A DNA stretch of 63,977 bases, the filler included, from Chiloscyllium plagiosum (lineage: Eukaryota): assembly GCF_004010195.1 (NCBI RefSeq). It is 8 parts of 8 records of this genome, joined end to end, with 100 filler letters (N's around TTAATTAATTAA, not from the genome) between each part and the next. Parts side by side here need not be neighbours in the genome. Positions count along the whole stretch, not along the records: positions 44,895 to 52,425 come from NW_025211140.1; positions 52,526 to 54,596 come from NW_025177167.1; positions 54,697 to 62,012 come from NC_057720.1; 5 more parts are not named here. One strand, written 5' to 3'. The notes under the pieces were generated by a model that saw only the letters and a program-made list of their open reading frames with translations, was not told where the DNA came from and ran no database searches. Position numbers and translations under genes: made by a program. The stretch's first letter is position 1; every line of letters begins with the position of its first letter. Shown piece after piece: positions 48,067 to 60,473 of the stretch.

Positions 48067-48899
48067 CACTAGGTACCGTGCTGCTGGAAATACCCAACAG
48101 CTGGCAGTACCCCCGGAGAGAAGTCAGAGTGAATCATAGAACATAGAACATTGCAGTGCAATACAGGCCCTTCGGCCCTCGATGTTGCGCTGCCCTGACA
48201 TACTAACCTGAAGCCCATCCCACCTCCACTATTCCATGAACGTCCATATGCCTGCCAATGGCGACTTAAATGTACTGAAACTTGGCGAATCTACTACCGT
48301 TGCAGGCAAAGCGTTCCATACCCTTACTACGCAATGAGTAAAGAAACTCCCTCTGACATCTATCTTATACCTATCTCCCCTCAATTTAAAGTTGTGTCCC
48401 CTCGTGTTTGCCGTCCCCATACTTGGAGATCAGGTCCAGTGAGCCTTCCTCACTTATCAATGCAAGGCAGAATGTTCTCTCTGGGAGGAAGGTCACTGCA
48501 GCAGCCGCACAGACAGGAGCTGAGCACTGGGACTAGGAGGATGGCTGTCACGGCTGAACTCATGCCAATTGTCTGGAAGTTGAAACATCTAATTTACAAT
48601 TATCTGAATTCTGGAGGCCTCTAAAAAATGGAGAACCATTAAGGTTCAGAGACTTTGGAGTATTACATTTGAGTATTTACGTAAATATGATTTGAGAAAT
48701 GAGCAAGTAATGTTAAACTTTAATAAATATCAACCTGATACACAGTTCACCATCAAACCTCATCTTTCAGACTAACCACTGCACTTATTCTGTCTAGACC
48801 TAAATTTCCACTCAAATTGAGAAACCCTACCCTGCTATATACCCATTCATGCCCGGAACACACAATCCCTATCACACGAAACGCATCCAAGGCAATCCA

Positions 48900-49573
48900 T
48901 ATCGGGAGTGTAGCTGAGCAGAGAGATCTCGGTGTCCATGTCCATAGATCCCTAAAGGTTGGCAGCCAGTTTGATAGAGTTGTTTAGAAAGCATACTTTG
49001 TGTTGGCTTTCATCGATAGAGGGACTGAGTTTCAGAACCACAAGGTTAGGCTGCAGCTGTACAAAACTTTGGTGTGGCCGCACTTGGAGTATTGTGTACC
49101 GTTCTGGTCACCACATTATAGAAAGAATGTGGAAGGTTTGGAAGAGTTCAGAGGAGCTTTACCAGGATGTAGTTTGGTATGGCGGGAAGGTTTAATGAGG
49201 AAAAGATGAGGGTCTTGAGGCTGTTTTTGTTTGAGAGAAGAAGGTTGAAAGGTGACTTAATTGATACATAAAAGAAAAACAGAGGATGGACAGTGAAAGT
49301 CTTTTTCCTTGAATAGTGATGGTTAGCAGGAGAGGACATAGATGACAGATGTCAGAGGTTGTTTCTTTACTCAGAGAGTAGTAGGGCCATGGAACGCACT
49401 GCCTGCAACAATAGGACACTTGCCAACTTTAAGGGCATTTAAAAAATCATTGGATAAACGTATGGATGAAAATGGAATAGTGTAGGATAGATAGGCTTCA
49501 CATTGGTTCCACAGGTCAGCGCAACATCGAGGGCTGAAGGGCCTGTACTGCACTGTAATGTTCTATGTTCTAT
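48900..49573 (+). mobile_element. CR1 LINE 3' fragment
   Basis: LAFI.RG.EF...LQLYKTLVWPHLEYCVPFWSPHYRK and a (GTTCTAT)n tail. Confidence 0.9.
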
Positions 49574-52500
49574 ATTCCAGATGGACATGTGATCTCAATT
49601 CCTTTCAGTAATTTACACTCCTGCCACCCTGCACCTGGCCCATGGTGAATCTGGCCCTGACTGGACCTGGCACCATCATTTTCACAACCTCTGGCAAAAG
49701 CCTGTGCACATTGTATCCTAGCTCCTTTCGCATCTGTCCTTTACAACCCACCATTTTGCCAGACTCCGAGCTTTGCATTTTGACAACACGTCCACCTGTC
49801 ACTTCATTACAGTGACCTTCCACCCCCGAAACATCCTGGCACTCTGCCCACCTCTGTACTTACCAGCCTGGCATCCGGCTCACCTCTCCATAAACCAGCC
49901 TGGCAAAGACAGACCTCCTGCATTTCAGCTCAAACTACCCCTCACCTACCAAACACAATTCGAACAAATTATCCTGTGACCAATACCATTTACCTTGATG
50001 CCACCTTGCCAGACAGAGTGCATGCAAGCTTACCCAGCAGCCAGCCAATACCTCACAGCCTACCAGCCCAAACTCTCCCACATGCCCAATCTAGCCCCTC
50101 ACTTGCTCACCACCTTCCAACTTTGAGCATACTCCACCATAAAGTCAGTGAGTCATAAAGTCATACAGCACAGAAACAGTTTATTTGGTCCAGCTCATCC
50201 ATGCTGACCAGAGTTCCCAAATGAAACTAATTCCACTTGCCTGCCTTTGGCCCATATCCATCCAGACCTATCCAGTTCCTGTAGCTGTTCAAATGGCTTC
50301 CAAATGTTGGACCTATCTCTGCATTTACCACTTCCTCTGGCAGTTCATTCTAATGTTTTGGACAGTTACAACATGAAGCCCTAACTCCTGCACTCAGTGC
50401 ACTGACCAATGAAGATACATGTGCCAAACACCTTCAACACACTAGGTACTTGAGACAACGCTTTCAAGCATCTATGAGTCTGAACCCTCAGGGTCCTCAG
50501 TGTTCAACATCACTACCCAGTGCCCTAACATTAACTCTGTAAGTCGTGACCTGATTTGTCTTCTCAAAAAGCAACACGTCGTATTCATTTAAATTAAATT
50601 CCATCTGCCACTGCTCAGCCCATTGGCCCAGCTGATCAAGATCTCATTGCACGTTTAGATAACTTTTACTGCCAATTATACCACCAATGTTGGTGTTACG
50701 TTCAAACTTACAAACCATGCCCATTCAATGTTTTCATGGCTTTCAACCAATATTGTAGCCTGTTTCCCTTTCTCCCACATATCTGTAGCATTTTATAAGG
50801 ATTGCAGGAATCTATCTCCTTATTGAAATCATTTCATGTTTTGTCCTCAATCAATTCCTGTGGTGGAGAATTCCAAAGGTTCACCATTCTTTTGCTGAAC
50901 AGTAAACAATCAGGTTCAATGTTATCGGTGTGTTGGGAAGACTGGTGAGCAGCAAGATTAATGATCATCCCATGAATGGAATAGCCTTCGAGAGGGGCCG
51001 AGGTGTCTTCTTCAGCTTCCATTTTGCAGGCTGACATGTCCCTTCGGCAGCATGTTCCAAAATTGTGATACTTAAGCATAAGGGCGCATATGCATGTAAA
51101 TGCTTCACCTGAAAGCTTTCCTCCAAATCAGACTTCAACTTGACTCGCAACTATTTCCCTGCCCGTTTCCTCTTCCTCGATCACGGCCATGGGACTCACT
51201 TCCTAACAGCGCTGTGAATGTGCTAATACCACACAAACTTCAGCAATTCAAATAGACTGATGATAACTGGTTTCTCAAGGCGATATAAAAAGTCTGACAC
51301 TTTCACACCTGTCTAGAGATTCAAACAACCATTGGAAGTTTTTGAAAATTATTTGAGGCACTTGTGTGTCCACACAAGATGACATGGTTTCCTTTTGTGT
51401 GATTTGACTGTGTTTTCACTGAATGAACAGAGCTATTTCTGAATCATATAATATGAATGAAGCTTCCCTCATTTTAGCAAGGCAATCACATATTATATTT
51501 CTTTATTCCAGGGAAGTATAGTGTTAAATTAAAGACATATGATGATTGGGATGTTTCAATTGGAAATTTTCAGAGATTTAAAGTTTAGTTTCATGAGCAA
51601 TTAATTCCAGCCTCATTGTGTCACAGTACTCACAGGAATGTCTTTCAGAAATGTTGTCTCCCTTTGTTATGGGCAGTCGAATCAGTAAATCTGGGATAGT
51701 CTTTGCTTGTTAATCAAAGATGTTAAAGAGTTTTAGCCAAAGGGAGGCCTGTGGATTTAGCTCACAGATGCTCCATGATCTAAGTAAGTAGTGGAACAGC
51801 TCGAATGACCTATCATTGTGTCATTCATTAAGCTAGCACTGGCGGTGAACACTTTTTACTAAAATATTTCAACAAATTAATTGTTTCACACATGCTTTAA
51901 AAAAAAACTTCTGTTGATTATTTGGAACGGGATCATTGACATTCTCTATTTGAGTGATCAAAATAACTTCCACCCAATTACAGCAGCCACTACGCTTTGG
52001 GGTGTGTTGTTACTTCATAATACTTTCTTGTGAAACTACAGCTCGAGATCAGGGCGGTCAAATTCAATGATTCTCTGATATTTAATATCTCTGAACATTC
52101 GCAATTTGTTCAAATGCATCTTTTCTCTGAAGAACGTGTTTAATCGAACATAACTTTTTTCAATGAAACAACAAACTTTAAATGCTAGAAAACCAAAATA
52201 AAGACAGAAATTTCTGAAGAAACCCAGCATGTCGAGCAGCTCCTGTGGATAGAAGGCAAGGTTAACCTTTCGCATCCAGAGACCCCCTTTTCACCAAATT
52301 GTTTTCATGTTTTTGGCACAAGAGCTCACACCTGTTGAGATAAACAGTGGTTACGTTGGCTTGACTCCTGTTGGAAAAAGAATTCTTAGCATAGGTACTG
52401 GATGGTCTGAGATAGCAATTGAAGANNNNNNNNNNNNNNNNNNNNNNNNNNNNNNNNNNNNNNNNNNNNTTAATTAATTAANNNNNNNNNNNNNNNNNNN

Positions 52501-53824
52501 NNNNNNNNNNNNNNNNNNNNNNNNNGTGCTTTTCCAGCATCATTCTGATCTAAACTCTGTATTGGCCGAACAGCCTTATTCTGATCCTCTATCTTATAAT
52601 GTTGGGGTCTCAAAATGACGTGGTTAAAATATGCAGTGACCCTTACTTGAAAATAAATCAAAATGCGTTCAATGCTTCATTCCCTGCTCAGGAATGACCG
52701 GTTGGCTTTGGACATTGTACGACATCAATTTTTATCTGGTATTGAGCTCTTTAACTTCATTTATGGGATCAGACCACACACCAAGTGGGTATCACATTTG
52801 ATGAACTGGGATAAACGTGATCTCACTGAGCTGCTTTAAGATGCTCTCTGTAATTAGTGGATGCGGGAGAAGAACAAATTCTGGTAAGAATGCTACAATA
52901 GGGATGAATGAACTAGGAACTCGAGACATGCTGATTTGGCCTGGTTTGGGGTGGCGATGTTTACGCAGTGAGTAGTGGATGTCTATAAAATTCGTGTACA
53001 TTTCCATCACAGTTGTAGATTAATTTAAGACGCTTTTGTTTGTTTTTTTTCTCCCCTGCTCTATGAAGAAATTAAAAAATGCAGCTTGGTAAATAAAGTG
53101 AAAGTACAGACCAGTTCTGAACTAACTGAATAGAGGGAAATACTTAAGGGGATGGGTGTCCTTCTCGATATCCAATGCTGTACTCAATGTCTTGTTTTCA
53201 GATCTACTCCAAACACAGCCCACGAGGACCAATGACATAAATTAGAGAATGACATCACACCAATAACGCAAAGTATTTTTGATCACATTAAATATAATGA
53301 ATAGAATTTCCATGGCTGTTCACCGCTCCTGTAACACTTTAGAACTCTGCAAAGAGAATAATTATTATTTATTATAATCTGTCCAAAATTTGGGATGTGA
53401 TTTGGCAGTCAGTGTGACCAGCAGCACTTGCACCTAAAGGTTATGAACATGGAAATGAACTCATTATATTCAGATTACTCTTGTCACAAGTATCAATGGA
53501 TGGTCTTAAGTGAGAGACAAACTCCGAAAGAAAGATAATTCCATGGGTTACATGATGGTATCTTCGATGATTTTACTTTTTTCACAGGTTTCACTTGTTA
53601 CAAAGCCAGTGTTCTTTCGGAATAATTACACAGGGTATGTTATAGGTAATCACAAATGTTTCACAGATCAAAATACATCAACAATAGTAAGCATCGTTTC
53701 AGCAATAGTTGGAGTTGCCATTTTGAAGGTGGTGTCTTCACCCTCTGAAGGAGTAATCTGAAGATTGGCTGTTTGTATCAGAAAGGGGCATTTTTCATTG
53801 ACTTTGATTTTTGTTTCATCGAAG

Positions 53825-54130
53825 ATACCGAGTGCCACCCTAACACCGTTAAAATCCTCCCTCCGGCAGTAGAACAAGTCTTACTGGAGGCGACGGTGAC
53901 GTTAACCTGCGTTGTGTCCAATCTTCCTTCTGGAGTCAATGTGACCTGGAAACAAGAAAAGAAGCCTCTGAAATCAGAGATTGCTGAGCAGCCTGGACAG
54001 AATCCCGACAGCGTGATCAGCAAATTAGACATTTCTACTGAAGCCTGGCTGAGTGGCGTTACTTTTGAATGTGTGGTGTACCATCAGAATCTACCGACTC
54101 CGCTGAGAGACTCCATCCACAAGGAGAAAG
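53825..54130 (+). CDS. IGHM: IgM heavy chain C-mu-3 exon
   Basis: 306-nt phase-1 exon, catcgaag|ATACC...AAAG|gtgagc; [25 protein letters not shown]...[15 protein letters not shown]...[32 protein letters not shown]. Confidence 0.92.
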
Positions 54131-57100
54131 GTGAGCGGTGAGATTAAAGCACAAAGGATCCCATGTGTAATCCAGATCCAGTTACATCAATGGCAGGCTT
54201 TGATTGGAAATGAATCAACACCGTTGGGAGCATTAATGATGCATCTGAAGGCAGGATAGCTAAGTAGCTGATTCAGAAAAAGATGGACCAAAGGATATTG
54301 TATTCTGATTAAGGCAGATAAGGTGGGAAGAAGCCTGGGTTGTGACGTCACCATCAGCAATGACAAATGGACAGAATGTCCTCGTTGTGGGCTGGAAACA
54401 TGGAGGCAACTTTCACATTAAACCTTCCTTTCTTTACTGAACTGTATGCGTACCATTCTGCTCCTTTAGAAAACGAAAGTAAATAAATCCAAAATTAAAC
54501 ATGGCGTATTTTAATATTTAGTGAAATTGTGATATTGGTTCAGGATTTTTTTGGTTGATTTACATTTGTCTCAAATATTCTGCAGTGATTAATCCGNNNN
54601 NNNNNNNNNNNNNNNNNNNNNNNNNNNNNNNNNNNNNNNNTTAATTAATTAANNNNNNNNNNNNNNNNNNNNNNNNNNNNNNNNNNNNNNNNNNNNCTCA
54701 ATCAAATATCTCTTGTTGCCAACAACCAATTTCAAAACTCTTGCTATCTGCCTTTTGTTCCTGAAACGTTCGTTCTGATTGGAACAACTTAGTCAGGGCT
54801 CTCAATTCTGAGGCACCTAATCGAATATTGTATTTCTGGCAGATAAAAGTGGTTTTGAAGCGCGAGATGAAATTGAACTGTCTGAGATTCAGGTATCCGA
54901 ACTGGACAATTTACAAATGGTCAGGACCATTGACAAGTTAGTCAGACATAGCACTGAAATAAACTGCACAACAGACTTAATCCTAGAGGATAGATTGCTC
55001 AACTCCTCACGTCAAATATATTCACTGTAATTGAACATTCATCAGAGGAACTAACCAGAGGATTAATGTGAACGAGAATGTGTTCACAATGAACATAAAT
55101 AACCACTGAGTTAATAAACTTAATAAGTCATTGTATTTAACAAAATTATTGAGGTGGGAAATATCGCCAATTAAAGCACAGATCCGGAGGAAATGGATTA
55201 TTCTCTAAATTGTTTTTACATATTCTTAAAACGTTCCTTGAACTGTGGAGATTTTTCATGCACTGCATAAAGTCAATACTGCATTCCAGTGTGGAAAGCA
55301 TTTCTTTTGAAGGAATTAGGGCAAGGTCATTTTTTTGTTAACTGCTTTTAATGAACTAAAATGTTTAAAAAGGTATGAATTGAAGACATGCTTCTGTCTG
55401 GAGTTGCCCGCTTTAGCGGATGTCTAAGTAAATGTGGGCACTGCTGCCTCACAGATCCAGGGACCCTGGCTCGGTTCCAGCCTCGGGTGACTGCCTGTGT
55501 GGAGTTTACACAATCTCTCCTGTGTCTGTGTGGGTTTCCTCCCACAATCCAAAGATGTGCATGTCAGGTGAACTGGTCATGCTATATCGTCCATAGTGTT
55601 AGGTGCATTAGTGAGGGGTAATTATAGGTTAGGGGAATGGGTCTGGGTGGGTTACTCTTCAGAGGGTCGGTGTGGACTTGTTGGGCCAAATGGCCCGATA
55701 CATACTGCAGGAAATCTAATCTAAATGATTGTCACACTTAACTAATGTGAGCAGATTCCTTCCGATCGCTACATTGCAATAAATCGGTCAAGTATATTAA
55801 TTAAAATAAATATTACTCTATTTTAAGTGTCTGAATAAACAATGTGCTCTGTTGTCCTCTAGTTCATGTCTTGTGCAAATTTGTGAACTCTGCATCCGTC
55901 TGAACACATCGATGTAAAATGAATTCTCTGCGTTTGCAGCAAGTACTCCCATGGTTTTAAAAGTAGGGTTCCTACAGTATAGAAACAGGCCATTTGGCCC
56001 AACAATTCCACACTGACCCTCTGAACAGTAAGTAGCCCAGCCTGACCCATTCCCCCTAATTTATATTTACCCCTGACTAATGCACCATAACCTACACATC
56101 CCTGAACACTGTGTGCAATTTAGCACAGCCAATCACCTGACCTGCACATCTTTTGGACTGTGGGAGGAAACCAGAGAGCCCGAAGGAAACCCACGCAGAT
56201 ACAGGGAGAATGTGCTAACTCCACACAGGCAGTCACCCGAGGGTGGAATCGAATTTGGGACCCTGGCATTGTGAGGCAGAAGTGCCAACCACTGAGACAC
56301 CATGCTGTCATGCGAGTTCATGAGTGGATTATTTTAATTCATTCGAAATTTGGCCTTGGTCACATAATTCACTACAGCAGTTGTTTCGAAAGAATGACCC
56401 CTCAGTTGATATTTTGTTGGAAAATGTAACTATTTATTTAAAATGCACAGATTGGGAACACCTAAAGCACTGTGCAGATTAAATAATTCAGTTAATGTTT
56501 TATTTTTATCCTGTAAATCCAGTTTAATCAGGGACATAACAATGAATTAACTCAAGTTACGTGTGAAACTGATCAAAGCAGTGAAACTGACCTGTTCTTC
56601 ATAGAATTCAGCAGAATTTCCAAATGGTCTTTGCCAATGATCTTTTCCAGCCAGAAAAATATGTATGTAGTGTACAGCGGAATTGAAAGGTGTTTCTTGA
56701 TCAATTATAACACAGTCATGGCATTTTTGCTCAAGAGCAAGAACTATTAAAACATTACACTTTTGAAATTCTATTTATATTTCTCTATGACTTGTAAACT
56801 GTTTAAAGACAGACCTTGTGATTGAACTAGATCGTGGAGTTCTGAATGTGGATTGTAAAGCATGGATTAGATTAATCCTTAATTATTACTTTAAAGTAAA
56901 AATGGCGCCCGAAGGTGTCTGTTTTCCCTTCATTTCTAAAACCTTTGCGATTTGCCTTTCACTTACTAATAGGTTTTATGAAATTTCACCTCGCATGCTG
57001 CCTGCATTGAATGAGGAACCTGGAGCGGTTCACTGTCACCAACCGTGTTAACATTGCAAAAACAATGTAGAAACCAAAAACAGTTTCCCAAATATAACAT

Positions 57101-57930
57101 ATTTAATGTTACCCAAGCACGGTCCCTCCTCAACAGATCAACGATCACCAGATCACAACACGGTGTGTTTGCAGCAGAACTAGCTCTGCAAACATTTTCA
57201 ACAGAACCAAGAACATGATGTAACCTCACAAAAAAAAAACAAATTGAAGTCTAACAAACCTGCTCAGAATCCAGCAAACTAATGATTAAATTGAATAGGA
57301 ATAACAAGTCATAACAGCAGCCTTGTTTGTGAGGGGACTTAACACTTAAAGCTGTAACGTTTCTGGCAACAGTTCAACTTATTTCCAACATGCACACACT
57401 TCTTGATCGTGACAATTTTGTGCAGCGCACAGTAGTGCGGTTGAAGGCATATATTGATTAATCACTTCATGGTCAAAACAAAATTACTGAATGGACAAAT
57501 ATTACCACATTATAATTTTAAATTAGTATCAATTACATAATCTGATCAATTCTGTAGTTTGAGATTTTAGTCCCAAATTTTATTTTGAATGAGGCTACTC
57601 AAAACACAATTCAGTTAGCTTACAATTAGAACTGAGTTTTTTTTAAAAATGTCAATGCATTAAAAACTCGTTTTTCTTTCATTTGTCACACTTCCGGGTT
57701 TCTGCCTTAAATTGTTTTTCAGACCGTTAAACATGGATGTAATGTTTTCAATCAAGCAGAGAAAAATGTGTCATATAAGTTTAACAAATGCAGAAATGAT
57801 TCATGAAAAACAAAAGAACTTCACAAATATTGGTAATGAAAAGTAATCCAGAGAGACAATCTCCTCACCAGAAAGAAAACACCGATTACAGAAAGCATGA
57901 AAATGCAGATCAATTTCACAAACTGAATAA

Positions 57931-58225
57931 GAATTCAATCAAGTCAATTCAACAGATTCAAGGAAAAAAAAACAGAATCCAATCAACTCAAAACAACAGA
58001 TTTGAATGAAACATAATCACAATCCAACCAATTCAATTCAACAGAATCAAATAAAACAATTTCAAAAACCAATCAACACAATTCAACAAAACCAAGTAAA
58101 AACAAAGTCAGAATCTAATCAACACAGTTCAACTGAATCAACTGAAGCAAAGCCAAAATCCAATCAAATCAATTCAACAGAATCAAGTAAAACAAACTCA
58201 GAATCTAATCAACAGAATGCAATAT
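57931..58225. repeat. 45-bp imperfect tandem repeat downstream of JH (paralog of 33606-33900)
   Basis: Same GAATC.AATCAA...AATTCAACAGAATCAA units. Confidence 0.85.
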
Positions 58226-58730
58226 AGCACCGCAAGAAAATTTTATGACAGGTTCTAACCTGCTTGTCATCAACAAAATTATCAAAATAAATGTGAAAAC
58301 AGAATCATGGTAAGAACATATATTAAAGAAATGAATAATGATATTTTAGCGTATTTTAATCATGTTTGGTAATATCTCGAACATCTTTGAATTCTTAGCG
58401 TTTGTTGTTGATAATAAAACTCACAGTCAGGATGTCACTGACATTAAATGTTATTTATCGCTGACTGATTTAGAGACATTAGGTGTTTCAAGTAACCCAG
58501 CCACACAGAATGCCCATCTGATCAAAAAAAGAGATACACCGAACAACTGACTCCATCATCACCATTGTAACTATTTGCTGAGCCTTAACTGAAGTCTATA
58601 ATCAGTCTGAACAAAAATCAATCCGAACCAAACCAAACTCAGCACAGAATCTGAGTTTCATTTAATTCAGAAATTAGTCACATGAATAGAAAGTTTTTAA
58701 AAAGTCAGAAAGAAAGTTCAAGTGTCTTAC

Positions 58731-58778
58731 CTGAAGTCACAGTCACCATGGTCCCTTGGCCCCAGTAGCCAAGGTAGT
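58731..58778 (-). CDS. IGHJ: IgH JH segment (YLGYWGQGTMVTVTS), unrearranged
   Basis: WGxG motif, donor G|gtaaga; RSS at 58779-58817 (CACAGTG, 23 nt, ACAATAACT). Confidence 0.95.
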
Positions 58779-59172
58779 CACAGTGTTACATTCTCAGGAC
58801 TGGGTCACACAATAACTAGCTCTGCATAAAACAAATCAAAAATCTACCATCATTTTAAATTTTCAGAACCACAGGCAAAATAAAGTCACGATAAATCTTC
58901 ATCACATAATTGCGCTAGTGAATTCTGATCATTCTTAATAAACTTTAATGCTGTTTTATACTTCACAGAGTAACACATGAGCTGATTCTCAAAATCCAAA
59001 ACTGGTCTATCAATAATTACCCAACACATCTACAAATTAAATAGTGATACTGGCATAAAACCCCACAGAACTAATACTGCACTGAAGGTTAAGACGGTTT
59101 GTAGAAGTAATCACTGACTAGTTTCAAACAATGGAGGCTGAATAGGTTTTTGTATTGATCATAATTGCCGTG

Positions 59173-59187
59173 TTATTCCAGTTATAT
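59173..59187 (-). CDS. IgH D2 segment ATATAACTGGAATAA with 12/12 RSS
   Basis: 3' RSS CACGGCA-12-ACAAAAACC (59145-59172); 5' RSS CACTGTG-12-TCAAATACT (59188-59215). Confidence 0.9.
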
Positions 59188-59555
59188 CACTGTGAGACAC
59201 GTTGTGTCAAATACTATGACAGACTGTAAACTGTAAAATTCAGATAATTTCTTCACTTCCTAGAAAGCAGTGATTCAGACTCCTCTAAAAATGATTTGGT
59301 GCATTATTTCAGGTTTTACTATTCATTGTATTTTGAAAGCTTGGAATACTTTTCCAGGTTCGGTCTGCATTTAACTTGACAATCAACACGAAGAAAGTAG
59401 AACCAAATTATACATTTGTACAAACTAGCACTACTGGATTACATTTAAATTACATCTCACATTATTTCTTGCTCCTGCCATGGTAGAAATCACCAATTGA
59501 GATAAACACTTGTCAGTGGTTATTGTATGAGGATGTCGCTGTGCACAACACTGTG

Positions 59556-59569
59556 ACCCACTGTAGTAT
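59556..59569 (-). CDS. IgH D1 segment ATACTACAGTGGGT with 12/22 RSS
   Basis: 3' RSS CACAGTG-22-ACAATAACC (59518-59555); 5' RSS CACAATA-12-ACACTCATT (59570-59597). Confidence 0.92.
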
Positions 59570-59995
59570 CACAATAATGTAGACCAGTACACTCATTCTC
59601 TGTTCTTTACTCCAGGTCTCAGTTTTCATTTAAAAGAGTCATTTAGTACTGATCATGTTTAGAATGAATGCCATAGTTGACATAACAATTAGCAGTGATT
59701 TTCTGAGTTGTCAGATATATTAAAACGAACATTTTGTCCGAGCATTTAATTGATGGAAGTGTTAGCAGTACATATGTGATGCCCAAAACATTGTCCCATT
59801 GTGTCACCAGTTTGCTAGTTTAAATGGTACATTACCTCTTTGATAGTTTTGTAAGAGGCAGCCTGAGGTCTGCTTCAGATTGCAGTTGGTATAATTGCAT
59901 TTAAAACTCGTACTGACCGTCAGTTTATGATGGAATTGACAAAATGTTCCCTCGAGCTGTTTTTGAATGGGTCCAGCCTGGTTCCTCTCGCTGTG

Positions 59996-60300
59996 GTATC
60001 TTGCACAGTAATAGATGGCGGTGTCTTCGATCTTCAGGTACCCCATGTCCAACGCGAAAATGTTGTTTGAATTGTCTTTGGACGCAGTAAATCGACCCTT
60101 AATGGCTGGTGCATAGTTACTGCTGGATGGACTATAGTACCAAAGCAGCCACTCCGGACCCTGTCCGGGCACCTGTCGCACCCAGTGCATGTAGCTGCTG
60201 CTAAGATCGAACCCGCTGGTTTTGCAGGTCAGTTTCAGGCTGCCTGCGGGACGGCCAGTCTCTGCCTCTGGCTGGGTCAAAACAATCTCCGATTGAACAC
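59996..60300 (-). CDS. IGHV: IgM VH exon, unrearranged, open frame
   Basis: [47 protein letters not shown]...KGRFTASKD...[10 protein letters not shown]; RSS CACAGCG-22-TCAAAAACA at 59958-59995. Confidence 0.97.
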
Positions 60301-60424
60301 CTTTAAAAAAGAAAACAAATAAACCATGAGCATTAATGCTGATGAAATGATGGCTGAGTGTTTTACATTCCTGCGGTAGACTAACATTGAGACAGTCACA
60401 GAGACTTGAACAAAAAACACTCAC

Positions 60425-60473
60425 ATGATAGGAAAGTCAGTAACAGACTGAGAAAAATTGTCGACACAGTCAT
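60425..60473 (-). CDS. IgH V leader exon ([16 protein letters not shown])
   Basis: ATG at 60473, donor T|gtgagt, TATAAA at 60533-60538. Confidence 0.92.

Noticed and set aside
57803-58227. Asn/Gln/Ser-rich ORFs
   Set aside because: They arise from the 45-bp repeat on the antisense strand of the IgH intron, and the paralogous array contains stops.
59527-59548. Second heptamer (CACAGCG) inside the D1 3' RSS spacer as an alternative 12-RSS
   Set aside because: It lies only 10 nt from the nonamer, outside the 12 plus or minus 1 tolerance.
59804-60424. The 206-aa ORF as a single protein
   Set aside because: It reads through the leader intron and past the RSS; only 59996-60300 is the V exon.
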